From IMG/VR virus record IMGVR_UViG_3300006738_000023, positions 1-40,563 of that record: a stretch of DNA of 40,563 nucleotides. The stretch is one strand, 5' to 3'. This DNA comes from a virus. The translations under genes were made by a program, and so were the position numbers. Under the pieces are notes generated by a model. It was not told the origin of the DNA. It saw nothing but the letters and a program-made list of their open reading frames with translations, and did no database searches. This document shows, piece after piece, positions 18,084-26,019 of the stretch. Positions within the stretch are counted from its first letter, which is position 1. Every line of letters begins with the position of its first letter.

Positions 18084-18466
18084 AAGCCGTCACGCTCCCG
18101 CGTGCGATCTTTCAGCGCCTCTAACGCCCGCTCGATACCCTGCAGCGCCTCGGCGTTGTACAAATCGGCATGCGGCCCATCTTGGAACCGCTCCAGGCGG
18201 TCGGCACACGTCGCCAGCACCGCTTCCAGCGTCACGCCGTTGGGGCCAACCTCCTGCGGGTTACCGTCCTGAAAGCTGATACACCCCAGCACCTGCCCCC
18301 GGCCTTCCAGCAGCTCAGCCTCAGCGCCCACGCCAATGATGTAATGGTTTTGTGCGCCACCTGGGGAGTATGGCCCGTGAGCGATCACCGCTTGGCCCAT
18401 GTCACCGCGACCGTTAGGGGTGACGGCATGCCCGGTCACTAACCGGGGCTGATTGAGATTAGGCAT
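18080..18466 (-). CDS. Hypothetical protein
   Basis: ATG at 18466 overlaps the upstream stop (ATGCCTAA). The C-terminal segment (ISFQDGNPQEVGPNGVTLEAVLATCADRLERFQDG...ALEALKDRTRER) recalls a widespread small phage protein family whose function I cannot assign. Confidence 0.5.
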   Translation of the reverse strand: MPNLNQPRLVTGHAVTPNGRGDMGQAVIAHGPYSPGGAQNHYIIGVGAEAELLEGRGQVLGCISFQDGNPQEVGPNGVTLEAVLATCADRLERFQDGPHADLYNAEALQGIERALEALKDRTRERDGL

Positions 18467-19154
18467 TAGCAGACGCCTCCCGGTTATGCTCAATGGCTTT
18501 GCTAGGGTCTACGGTTCTCCAGTCTGGCCAATCGCGCTGCTCATTCTTTGCCAACTTACCGGCTAACGCGCCAGCAATAGCGGCTGAGCTATGGCCAGCC
18601 CGCCAAGCGCCATCGAGCGCCAGCAGGACAATATCGATCCACTCGGAAAGATCCTCCGGGGCAGCGGCCACCTCGGCCAGCTCTTTTCTAATGTGGTCGC
18701 TAATCCCCTCAGCGCGGGCACCAGGGCCAAAGGCTTTAACCGAAAAGGCCCGTTGCCGATCAAGATGCGCCACCAAGTCGTAAGCACATGAGCTGGCAGG
18801 AACCGCCCACAGCTGAAACGGCCCATCTTCCGTATCATGAATAGAAAGCAGCACAGCATCAGGGCTAGGCGGCGCTAGCTCCCAACTTGCAAAAGTGTTT
18901 TCAAGATTCACGTACTCTTCAAAAGCGGGCGTTCCTTCATCTACCGTATTTTCAAACGAAACATGCTCCAACTTGCAGCGGTTCGCGTTCTCGAAAAGAT
19001 CCACAAAATATGTCGGGATAATCTCGCCATCACCAAGAGAGACACAAAACTTTTGCCACTCAGGGTGCGTAAAACTACCATCCTTCTCTCTGACCACCTC
19101 AACGGCTTCAATCATGGCCGTAACTCCTACTGTCGGTTTTGAATAGCGCGCCAA
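18459..19154 (-). CDS. Two-domain protein with a C-terminal DUF550/MazG-like nucleotide pyrophosphohydrolase domain
   Basis: HIRKELAEVAAAPEDLSEWIDIVLLALDGAWRAGHS...KLAKNEQRDWPDW matches the DUF550 pattern (E..P.DL.EW.D...L.LDG..R.G...K...N..R.WP). Confidence 0.65.
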   Translation of the reverse strand: MARYSKPTVGVTAMIEAVEVVREKDGSFTHPEWQKFCVSLGDGEIIPTYFVDLFENANRCKLEHVSFENTVDEGTPAFEEYVNLENTFASWELAPPSPDAVLLSIHDTEDGPFQLWAVPASSCAYDLVAHLDRQRAFSVKAFGPGARAEGISDHIRKELAEVAAAPEDLSEWIDIVLLALDGAWRAGHSSAAIAGALAGKLAKNEQRDWPDWRTVDPSKAIEHNREASANA

Positions 19155-19172
19155 CGCTCATTGCCATTTACT

Positions 19173-19202
19173 GCGTTATAGCGTGCTAGCGTTATTTCAC
19201 GC
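19173..19202 (-). repeat. 30-bp four-box cassette (minus orientation), 19 nt upstream of the DUF550 gene
   Basis: Reverse complement is GCGTGAAATAACGCTAGCACGCTATAACGC. Confidence 0.85.
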
Positions 19203-19349
19203 TCACCACTCGATGCGCCCCAAAGCGGGCGATAACGCTTGTTTTTGCTGCCTTCTTGGTCGTGCTGGCAGGCACCACCATCGAAAACGTCTTAGGCTCT
19301 TTGCCTTCCAAAACGGTCACGCGGAATACACGGTTAACCGCTTTGGAAG

Positions 19350-19775
19350 TCACAGCCCTAGCGCCTGTTCAACGTGCGCCCGCGCCCGCGCCAACCGGCG
19401 GCGGTAGGTGGCCACCCCCACTTCCAGCGCGTGGGCCTTCTGCAGTTGGCCAATATTGCGATGGTCATAGCCTCGCAGCTGTCGGCGGCTCACCACCCGT
19501 GCCACGCCCGCGTTGTACTCCAGGCGCAACACGTCGGCGGTCAACAGATCCTCACGCGCCAGCGATACCACCGCATACTCGATGCGCTCTTCGAGCGGGT
19601 ACGACTCCGCGCCCATGGGGGCCGACCCGCCCACGGTCGAACGGCTCACCACCCCGCCGTTATCGATCAACACGCCCAGCAGCGACGTGCCCAACGCAGC
19701 ACCGCCACCCTGCAGGCACCAGCGCGCCCAGCGCTCCAGCATCACGTCCAGATCATTCGCCGCCCGACGCCCCAC
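19350..19775 (-). CDS. Late-gene antiterminator Q-like (QuuD/phage 82 type)
   Basis: MLERWARW matches the VLERWGAW signature near the N-terminus of this Q family. GTG at 19775 has GGAGG 7 nt upstream; an alternative ATG is at 19742. The track start at 19871 overlaps the preceding gene. Confidence 0.65.
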   Translation of the reverse strand: MGRRAANDLDVMLERWARWCLQGGGAALGTSLLGVLIDNGGVVSRSTVGGSAPMGAESYPLEERIEYAVVSLAREDLLTADVLRLEYNAGVARVVSRRQLRGYDHRNIGQLQKAHALEVGVATYRRRLARARAHVEQALGL

Positions 19776-19777
19776 CG

Positions 19778-20110
19778 CTACGCCTCCACAATCGTCAGCG
19801 GGTACAGCTCTTCGACCTGCCGCTTTTTCAGCTTGTATATATCGGTACGCATGCCCTTCACGTCGATCCATTCGACCGTGCCGTCAGCGCGGAACACGAC
19901 AAAATCAATGACGTATTTCACCCCGCCCGGCAGGGCGATAGGCACTTGCATCAGAAACATCGTTACGCGGTCGGCCTGCTGTTCGCTCAGCAGGTAGAGG
20001 TAATAATTCGCCTCTTTTTTCGAGTCGAACGTATGCCCGTGAATGGTCACCTTCTTGTTGTTGTACTTAGCCGCATTGGGCGCACGGCGGCGCATGTTAT
20101 GCCGTTGCAT
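19778..20110 (-). CDS. DUF1064 protein (restriction-endonuclease-fold, resolvase-like)
   Basis: KYNNKKVTIHGHTFDSKKEANYYLYL...KYVIDFVVFRADGTVEWIDVKG...YKLKKRQ matches the DUF1064 signature. Confidence 0.75.
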   Translation of the reverse strand: MQRHNMRRRAPNAAKYNNKKVTIHGHTFDSKKEANYYLYLLSEQQADRVTMFLMQVPIALPGGVKYVIDFVVFRADGTVEWIDVKGMRTDIYKLKKRQVEELYPLTIVEA

Positions 20111-20336
20111 GACGCGCCCCCAACCAATCGTTAAACCGCTCCACCAGCGCCAGGTATTCGCGCCCGGCCTGCTCGTTACCATCTAGCTCGCGGCGGCTTA
20201 GCACCCCACACGCCAGCCGCACCTCTGCCGCCGCCGTGGCGGCATCCGGCACCCTGCGCCCGGTGGTAGCCGTGAGATAGTCACGAAATAGGGGGTTATT
20301 GCACAGCATCGCCGCGCCTTTTGCGTAACGGCTCAC
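20097..20336 (-). CDS. Hypothetical protein
   Basis: 79-aa ORF, translationally coupled on both sides. Confidence 0.5.
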   Translation of the reverse strand: MSRYAKGAAMLCNNPLFRDYLTATTGRRVPDAATAAAEVRLACGVLSRRELDGNEQAGREYLALVERFNDWLGARHATA

Positions 20337-20644
20337 GCTTCCCCCTTAGCTACTGGCAACTTAAAGCGCTGAGGCGGGCCAAGATAATCATAAGGCGGCA
20401 TCGCCTGCAGGCCGTGAGTGTCAGCAAGTCGGATTAAAATCGCCCCGATCTCACAGCCCGACAAATCAACGTCAACAAGCTGCAAGTAGGCATGAATCGT
20501 GCTGATCGTGTGACATTCACCGTCGGACAGAACCTCCACCACCTCGGCAATCCCTACGGCGTCAGGTTCAGCAGCATCTAGGCCGAACAGCTCCGCAAGG
20601 CTGCCATCGGCTTTCTCTTCCTCCATGAGCTTATGAATACTCAC
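20333..20644 (-). CDS. Hypothetical acidic protein
   Basis: 103-aa ORF with ATGA-type overlaps at both ends. Confidence 0.5.
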   Translation of the reverse strand: MSIHKLMEEEKADGSLAELFGLDAAEPDAVGIAEVVEVLSDGECHTISTIHAYLQLVDVDLSGCEIGAILIRLADTHGLQAMPPYDYLGPPQRFKLPVAKGEA

Positions 20645-21051
20645 GCCACACCCCGCTTAGCCCACAGCTCAGACAGTGCCGCCTCACCATCGATAAAATG
20701 GCGGTGGCCATCCTTGGTGGCGGTGGCCAGCAGATCCCCGCGCACAATGGGCACCTCGTCGCTGGGCACGCCTTCCACATGCACCACGTGCCCGCCCAGC
20801 TTACGGATGCGCTCGGCCTCTACCCGATGCACCACGTGGGCCACCACCAAGCACTCCGCCCCCTTGGCCGGGGTCGCGCTAATCATCCCCTCAAGGCGCT
20901 GCATGCGGCGGGCCACTTCGGCATGAGCGCCAAAGCGCTGCGCGGGCGCATCGGTGTAGACCGACACGGTACAAATCTGCGCATCACGCATTGCCCGCGC
21001 CACGCGCTCGCGTGCCGTCGCGTTAGCGCCAGCAATTCCAATCAATAGCAT
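20641..21051 (-). CDS. Hypothetical protein with a degenerate P-loop-like N-terminus
   Basis: ATG at 21051 (MLLIGIAGANATARERVA). The track start at 21189 overlaps the upstream gene by 148 nt. Confidence 0.5.
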   Translation of the reverse strand: MLLIGIAGANATARERVARAMRDAQICTVSVYTDAPAQRFGAHAEVARRMQRLEGMISATPAKGAECLVVAHVVHRVEAERIRKLGGHVVHVEGVPSDEVPIVRGDLLATATKDGHRHFIDGEAALSELWAKRGVA

Positions 21052-21608
21052 TCGACGGCCTCTCTGAGTCGTTGGGCGCGGTGCGCCTGCAAAATGTCGT
21101 GCAACACGGTCACCGTGGCCGCATCGCCCTGGCCTAGCGCCGCCTCGACCGCCGCGCTCATATCCCCCACAGTCACGCGGGAAACGCACCAGCGGGCGAA
21201 ATAGCGCAGATTATCGGGGTGGTTCGCCACCTGGGGCGGGTAGGCCAGATCATTGATAAACCACGCCGCCCACTGCTCGGCGCGGTGGTAAAGGGTGTCG
21301 TCGTTGGGTGCCTGGGCAGGGTCTACGCGCTCAAGCGTGGGGCAATGCACGGTGAGTGATTCGCCATCGTCCTCGACGATCAACAACCCCTGCGCTTGGT
21401 AAAACGCCATGAACTCACGGGCGCTATCGTCGTCGGCCTGCATCAAATCGCCCCACGCCACGTAGGTTTTAGCCACCGGGCCGGGGGTCGCTGCCAGCGC
21501 CTCCAGCACCAACAAATAGCGGGCATAGCCAATCAACCCATACTCAGCCGCCACGGTGGCCACGCCCTCGCTCTGCGCCAACCCGGCAGGATGAACGAAC
21601 GCGCTCAC
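21042..21608 (-). CDS. Hypothetical early protein (possible replisome-organizer-like N-terminus)
   Basis: 188-aa ORF, second gene of the cro-side operon. AEYGLIGYARYLLVLEAL weakly recalls DUF4373/DnaD-like N-terminal domains. Confidence 0.35.
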   Translation of the reverse strand: MSAFVHPAGLAQSEGVATVAAEYGLIGYARYLLVLEALAATPGPVAKTYVAWGDLMQADDDSAREFMAFYQAQGLLIVEDDGESLTVHCPTLERVDPAQAPNDDTLYHRAEQWAAWFINDLAYPPQVANHPDNLRYFARWCVSRVTVGDMSAAVEAALGQGDAATVTVLHDILQAHRAQRLREAVECY

Positions 21609-21829
21609 GCCGCCACCCCATCGCGCTCAGCCAGCACCGCCGCCCAAGGGCCATAGATGCCGTTATAATCCACCGCACCAGCGGTCAACCGCACGATGCG
21701 CCCAGCGGTGCGTAAACTCGGCGCACGATCAAAGCGATACCAGCTCATCACCGTACGGGGCTTCTCGCTGAGTAGCGCGCCCGCACAGTCCGGCCCGCCC
21801 ACTTGATCAATCCAATCATTTAGCAACAC
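21605..21829 (-). CDS. Cro/YdaS-like HTH protein
   Basis: HTH pattern GGPDCAGALLSEKPRTVMSWYRFDRAPSLRTAGRIVRLTAGAV. The track ORF start (21967) lies upstream of the operators, so the start was moved to the GTG at 21829. The exact start is uncertain. Confidence 0.55.
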   Translation of the reverse strand: MLLNDWIDQVGGPDCAGALLSEKPRTVMSWYRFDRAPSLRTAGRIVRLTAGAVDYNGIYGPWAAVLAERDGVAA

Positions 21830-21842
21830 TTTAGCGCACCAT

Positions 21843-21925
21843 TTAACACGAAGTGTGTTAAGCCTAGCGCGAAGATTGCCCACGTACAAAGGTTTTTTTA
21901 TTCCACACTTACACGCTTTGTGTAT
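21843..21925. promoter_or_regulatory. Divergent cI/cro control region with two ACAC-N5-GTGT operators
   Basis: TTAACAC-GAAGT-GTGTTAA at 21843..21861 (perfect 7-bp arms). TTACAC-GCTTT-GTGTAT at 21909..21925. Confidence 0.7.
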
Positions 21926-22020
21926 TACTATTGCCTGAGAGGTAATATTTACCCGAAAATTAATCACCGAAGGCGCACACGGACGGCATCAACGGCGGGA
22001 TAGATAACGGGAAGCGGAAA

Positions 22021-22674
22021 ATGTCACAGCAAAGCGACAGGCAGGACAAAAAAGAGCTAATCGCACAGCGGCTAGTGGAAGTGCGCACCCACTTAGGGTG
22101 GTCGATCCGCGACGCAGTCGAAGCGCTCGGCTACGTGCGTTCTCGTTATACCAACTGGGAACTCGGCATTCGCATGCCCGGCTATCAGGAATTGGAAGAC
22201 ATCGGCAACGTAACTGGCTGCAATCCCGGCTATTTTGTCGGCTGGACAAACCGCATGATCGACAGCAGCTACGTCGTACTAGACCGCACCACGGTTAAAA
22301 CCCGCGTTGGCTCGATCACCGTGCAAAACGCCACCGATGTAGCCGCCTACCGCGACGACTACCTCGCCGAAAAAGGGCTAAAGCCCAGCAGCATTATCAC
22401 CGTCAAAGCCGAAGATGACGCCATGGAAGGCGTAATTAGCAAGGGCGATTTAGCCCTAATCGACATGAGCCGCAAACCCGATGCCGTGCGCGACCTGTTC
22501 GCTATCCTCGTGGGTGACCGCATTTGGCTACGCTGGATACGCCCGGAAATCAACGGCAGCTACACCATGAGCGCCGAAAACAGCCACCAATACCCCGATG
22601 AAACCCTCACCACCGGGCAGCTACAACAGCTCAACATCATCGGCCGCGTCGCCATCATCGAGCACGAACGCTAA
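22021..22674 (+). CDS. CI-like repressor (XRE HTH plus S24 LexA-like fold) with a degenerate catalytic dyad
   Basis: N-terminal HTH (LIAQRLVEVRTHLGWSIRDAVEALGYVRSRYTNWELG). The C-terminal domain aligns with lambda CI (GDRIWLRWIRPEINGSYTMSAENSHQYP versus [26 protein letters not shown]). However it has DDAMEG where GxSM is expected, and no Lys at the FKKL position. Confidence 0.8.
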   Translation: MSQQSDRQDKKELIAQRLVEVRTHLGWSIRDAVEALGYVRSRYTNWELGIRMPGYQELEDIGNVTGCNPGYFVGWTNRMIDSSYVVLDRTTVKTRVGSITVQNATDVAAYRDDYLAEKGLKPSSIITVKAEDDAMEGVISKGDLALIDMSRKPDAVRDLFAILVGDRIWLRWIRPEINGSYTMSAENSHQYPDETLTTGQLQQLNIIGRVAIIEHER

Positions 22675-22710
22675 GCGCCAGCCCAGCGGAAAAACACCCC
22701 ACTCCTAGAA

Positions 22711-22736
22711 CGGCACCCACAAAGTGCCGTTTTTTT
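22711..22736 (+). terminator. Rho-independent terminator after the repressor gene
   Basis: CGGCAC-CCACAAA-GTGCCG followed by TTTTTTT. Confidence 0.8.
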
Positions 22737-22747
22737 GGCTTGCCGAA

Positions 22748-22784
22748 TAACACAATTAGTGTCACTCTTACACAGACTGTGTAA
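22748..22784. promoter_or_regulatory. Two ACAC-N5-GTGT operators upstream of the plus-strand early operon
   Basis: TAACAC-AATTA-GTGTCA at 22748..22764. TTACAC-AGACT-GTGTAA at 22768..22784 (perfect 6-bp arms). Confidence 0.65.
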
Positions 22785-22801
22785 TCAAGAGGGTTTCACT
22801 A

Positions 22802-23059
22802 ATGACCACGCACCCGATAGCCACCGTTACCGCCTCGCCCCCCATCGCCTGCACCCCGCAAGCGCTGCACCAAGCCCTGCGCGAAAGCGTCGCTATCGCG
22901 TGCGGGCTCGAAAAAATGGCCCAATGCGCCCTGGATGAAGGCGAGTACCCAGCGGAAGAACTCGACAACCTGTTTGCTCTCATTAACCGCCACCGACGCG
23001 ATTTAGAAGAGATCAAAGCCGCGCTGGCCGAACTCGCCACGGGTGTCCACCATGACTAA
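22802..23059 (+). CDS. Hypothetical protein, first gene of the early operon
   Basis: 85-aa ORF directly after the operator pair. Confidence 0.55.
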   Translation: MTTHPIATVTASPPIACTPQALHQALRESVAIACGLEKMAQCALDEGEYPAEELDNLFALINRHRRDLEEIKAALAELATGVHHD

Positions 23060-23462
23060 CCCCACCCAGCGCCAGCCATGGCGCGACGACGACGCCCTAG
23101 CCCAACCCGGCCAAGCCCTCAGCGAGCAAGAGCTAGCCCACCTGCTCGCCCTCGCCAACGGCAACGCCCCCAGCGCCATCACCGCCATCAACGGCACCAG
23201 CCGCGCCCAACAGCAGCAGCTCGAAAGCAGCCTGCGGGCCAAGCTCGGCGCGTTCAGCAAAGCGCACATCATCACCCGCGCGTTCGTGCTGGGCGTGCTG
23301 CTACCTCGCTGCCTCACCGTGCTACTGATCGTCGCCACACTCGGTAATGGCGCCCAACAAGATGCCATCGCCCAGCGCCTACCCCGCCGCCCCACGCAAA
23401 CCGCCAGCGCCCGCCTAATGCGTACTCAGCGGGGCAGTAGCGCAGGGGGTCGCCGCACATGA
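23052..23462 (+). CDS. LuxR/GerE-type HTH protein
   Basis: LSEQELAHLLALANGNAPSAITAINGTSRAQQQQLESSLRAKLGAFSKAHIITRAFVLGVL fits the GerE HTH pattern (L..rE...L.l.a.G....I......S...v......i..KLg.......). ATG at 23052 overlaps the upstream stop. Confidence 0.5.
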   Translation: MTNPTQRQPWRDDDALAQPGQALSEQELAHLLALANGNAPSAITAINGTSRAQQQQLESSLRAKLGAFSKAHIITRAFVLGVLLPRCLTVLLIVATLGNGAQQDAIAQRLPRRPTQTASARLMRTQRGSSAGGRRT

Positions 23463-23761
23463 AACCGCACATCCTCACAGGCCCGCGCCGTAGGCACTGC
23501 CGCTGCCGCGTCTGCCGTGGGCGGCAGGTCAAGGCCAAGCACCCGAACGACTACACCCGCCGCATCCGCTGCAAACACTGCGGCCAATTCAACACGCTGG
23601 TAGTCGACAAATGGGCCGATAACCGGGGCTGGCGAAAGTACACGTGCTATTGCGACGGCTACCACTTCCCGCACCGCATCCGCTCGGAATTTTGTTTTGA
23701 AAACCCAAACTACGGCGAACAAGAAGAACGCCGGTTAATGGCCTACGGGGTGATGGCATGA
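23459..23761 (+). CDS. Cys-rich zinc-ribbon protein
   Basis: CRCRVC...CKHC...CYCDGYHFPHR cysteine/histidine clusters. ATGA coupling. Confidence 0.55.
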   Translation: MKPHILTGPRRRHCRCRVCRGRQVKAKHPNDYTRRIRCKHCGQFNTLVVDKWADNRGWRKYTCYCDGYHFPHRIRSEFCFENPNYGEQEERRLMAYGVMA

Positions 23762-24273
23762 AGATTATGGCGACCGACCTACCGCTAAAACACTGGCAGC
23801 GCATCGCAGAGCAAAACGGCATTCAGCGCAGAACGTTTCTCTATCGCCTGAAAACCATGGACGCGAAAAAAGCCGCCACCAAGCCACTCAAAAAAGGCGG
23901 CATAAAGCCAATCGCCACCAGCAAGCGCCAAAAAAGCCTAGCCGCCGGGCTAGATGAATGCGCCCTAAGCCGCTACCGCCGCGAACACCCCGAAAGCCAG
24001 CTAAGCGACGAAGCCGCCCTCGCCTTTCTGCAAGCGCGCAAAGCCAAACTGCAAAACACCCTACGCGAACGCGCCCTTGCAGCAGGGCTAAGCCCCCAGC
24101 TGGTGTATCACCGCATTAGCCGCAACTGGCCGCTAGATAAAGCACTCAACACCCCGCCCATGCCCACCAGCCACGCGGCCCGCATCGGCGGTAAAGCCCG
24201 CGCCCAGCAAAAGCGCGAACGCCGCCAGCAGCGGCTCCAGCAAGCAGCGTTAAAAAACGCTAGCACGCAATAA
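23758..24273 (+). CDS. Basic protein with repeated HTH-like segments
   Basis: 171-aa ORF. Repeats of A..GI/L....Y.R motifs (IAEQNGIQRRTFLYRL; ALAAGLSPQLVYHRI). Confidence 0.5.
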   Translation: MKIMATDLPLKHWQRIAEQNGIQRRTFLYRLKTMDAKKAATKPLKKGGIKPIATSKRQKSLAAGLDECALSRYRREHPESQLSDEAALAFLQARKAKLQNTLRERALAAGLSPQLVYHRISRNWPLDKALNTPPMPTSHAARIGGKARAQQKRERRQQRLQQAALKNASTQ

Positions 24274-24276
24274 CGC
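24247..24276 (+). repeat. 30-bp four-box cassette upstream of rdgC
   Basis: GCGTTAAAAAACGCTAGCACGCAATAACGC. Overlaps the last codons of the preceding gene. Confidence 0.85.
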
Positions 24277-24304
24277 AAACAAAACCGACACAGGAAGCCC
24301 CGCC

Positions 24305-25471
24305 ATGTGGTTTACCAATATTACCGTTTACCAGCTCCACAACGCCCCAACGATCGACAGCATAACGCTGCATGAAACGCTGCAAGCAGAAGCCGCCAAG
24401 CCGTTAGGCAATACCGATGCCAAGCGCCACGGCTGGACACCCCCAGCAGGCCGCGCCAGCAACGCCTATCTGCACGAAAGCCAAGGCCACCGCCTGCTCA
24501 GCATGCTCAAACAGCAGCGCATGCTGCCGCCCAAGGTCGTCAAAGCAGCGGTCGAGGAAAAGGTCGCGGAAGTCGAAGTCAACGAAGGCCGCAAGGTCAC
24601 GCGCAAAGAAAAAACCGACTTCAAAGAACAGATCACCGAGGAGCTGCTACCCCGCGCCTTTATCGATAGCATCAAAATCGACGCATGGTGGGACGTAGAA
24701 AAAAACCGCATCATCATCAACAGCGGCAGCCGCGCCCGCTGCGAAGAGCTGTTAGACCTGCTACGCGAAACCCTCGGCAGCCTCAAAGCCACCCCGCTCA
24801 GCACCCAAACGCTACCCATCCGCGCCATGACCACCTGGGTAAGCGACGCCCAAAGCCGCCCCGCCAACCTGCAGCTAGGCGACAAAGCCACGCTCAAAGC
24901 CAAAGGCGACGACGGCAAAATAGCCGCCACGCAAGTGGATCTCGACAGCGACGAAATACAGCAGCTACTCGAAAGCGGGCGGCAAGCCACCAACCTCGCC
25001 ATCACCATTGATGAGCGCGTCAGCGGCGTACTCACCGACAGCCTGCAGCTCAAAAGCCTGCGCTTTAGCGACCAGCTGATCGAGCAAGCCGACATGACCG
25101 AAACAAAGAGCGACGATGGCGACGACCCCATAGCGCGCATAGAAGCCGATTTTTTCCTTATGGCCAACGCCCTAAGCGACACGCTGGATAGCCTCGTTCA
25201 CATGCTGGGCGATGAAACCGTGCGTGAAGTAGCCGAAGAAAAAGGCACCCGCCCCGACGACAGCCACCCCGGCGAACAGATCGGGGGCTTTGAGCCCAAC
25301 GACGCCCTCACACCCGCCGCCATCCAGCTCAGCAAAACCGAGAACGGCAACATCACCGTGACCCGCCTGCAGCGCCACTTCAAAATCGGCTACAACCGCG
25401 CCCAGCGCCTGCAAGAGTACCTAATCAGCAAAGGCCACATTCCCAACCCCTACGGGCAGCCAGCCCCATGA
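24305..25471 (+). CDS. rdgC: RdgC-like recombination-associated protein with a C-terminal FtsK-gamma-like winged helix
   Basis: MWFTNITVYQL...GWTPP...LLPRAF...LLDLLRETLGSL parallels E. coli RdgC (MLWFKNLMVYRL...GWVPP...LLPRAF...LALLRKSLGSL). The last 40 aa (TRLQRHFKIGYNRAQRLQEYLISKGHI) match the FtsK gamma motif (lQRrlrIGYnRAarl...lE..Gi). Confidence 0.8.
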   Translation: MWFTNITVYQLHNAPTIDSITLHETLQAEAAKPLGNTDAKRHGWTPPAGRASNAYLHESQGHRLLSMLKQQRMLPPKVVKAAVEEKVAEVEVNEGRKVTRKEKTDFKEQITEELLPRAFIDSIKIDAWWDVEKNRIIINSGSRARCEELLDLLRETLGSLKATPLSTQTLPIRAMTTWVSDAQSRPANLQLGDKATLKAKGDDGKIAATQVDLDSDEIQQLLESGRQATNLAITIDERVSGVLTDSLQLKSLRFSDQLIEQADMTETKSDDGDDPIARIEADFFLMANALSDTLDSLVHMLGDETVREVAEEKGTRPDDSHPGEQIGGFEPNDALTPAAIQLSKTENGNITVTRLQRHFKIGYNRAQRLQEYLISKGHIPNPYGQPAP

Positions 25472-25617
25472 ACGCCACCAACTACCGCTGCTACAACCCC
25501 AAATGCAACCAGGGCAACACCCCCGGCTGGATGCTGGGCGCTAACCCCATTTGCCCAAAGTGCGGCCACTGGCTCACCCGCCAGCCCAACGAAAACGCCA
25601 GCGTTAAAAAACGCTAG
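25468..25617 (+). CDS. 49-aa zinc-ribbon protein (below the ORF-track size cut-off)
   Basis: ATGA overlap with the rdgC stop. MNATNYRCYNPKCNQG...ICPKCGHW has two Cys pairs. Confidence 0.5.
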   Translation: MNATNYRCYNPKCNQGNTPGWMLGANPICPKCGHWLTRQPNENASVKKR

Positions 25618-25630
25618 CACGCTATAACGC
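25601..25630 (+). repeat. 30-bp four-box cassette abutting the SD of the next ORF
   Basis: GCGTTAAAAAACGCTAGCACGCTATAACGC is followed immediately by AGGAG and the ATG at 25646. Confidence 0.85.
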
Positions 25631-25645
25631 AGGAGACACAGCCCC

Positions 25646-25777
25646 ATGCCCACCCCGCTAATACTACTCATCGGCCTAGCCGTTGCCGCCGTCGCCTACG
25701 CCGGGTGGCAGTGCAAATGCGAAATCGAACAGCTCGACCAGAACGGCGACCCCATCGAGAAGGACGAACAGCCATGA
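25646..25777 (+). CDS. 43-aa single-TM protein (not in the ORF track)
   Basis: AGGAG 9 nt upstream. MPTPLILLIGLAVAAVAYAGW then an acidic tail. ATGA coupling to the next ORF. Confidence 0.55.
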   Translation: MPTPLILLIGLAVAAVAYAGWQCKCEIEQLDQNGDPIEKDEQP

Positions 25778-26019
25778 TCATCGACAACAGCGCCAAAAAC
25801 GCCCAGCGCATTCCCTGCAAAGAGTTTCGCGGTGAATGCCGCATGTGCCAAAGCGGGTTTATTGCCCGCAGCGGGGTATGCTCGGGCGTCAACCCTGACA
25901 CCGCCAGCCCGCCCGACTGCCTGCGAGACGAACTGCCAGAACACCTCTGCCATCCCAACGGCCTACCCCTGGGATGGGGCCAATTCACGCAGGACAGCGC
26001 CAGCGAGGCCGCCCAATGA
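25774..26019 (+). CDS. 81-aa Cys-rich protein
   Basis: Start moved to the ATG at 25774 (ATGA overlap). MIIDNSAKNAQRIPCKEFRGECRMCQSGF... Confidence 0.5.
   Translation: MIIDNSAKNAQRIPCKEFRGECRMCQSGFIARSGVCSGVNPDTASPPDCLRDELPEHLCHPNGLPLGWGQFTQDSASEAAQ

Noticed and set aside
19256-20134. 292-aa and 207-aa plus-strand ORFs (19256..20134, 19374..19997)
   Set aside because: These are Pro/Arg-rich, low-complexity translations typical of antisense frames in high-GC DNA. The minus strand here carries recognisable Q-like and DUF1064 genes.
24466-25182. 238-aa minus-strand ORF
   Set aside because: It is a Ser/Leu/Arg-rich shadow of the clearly RdgC-like plus-strand gene.
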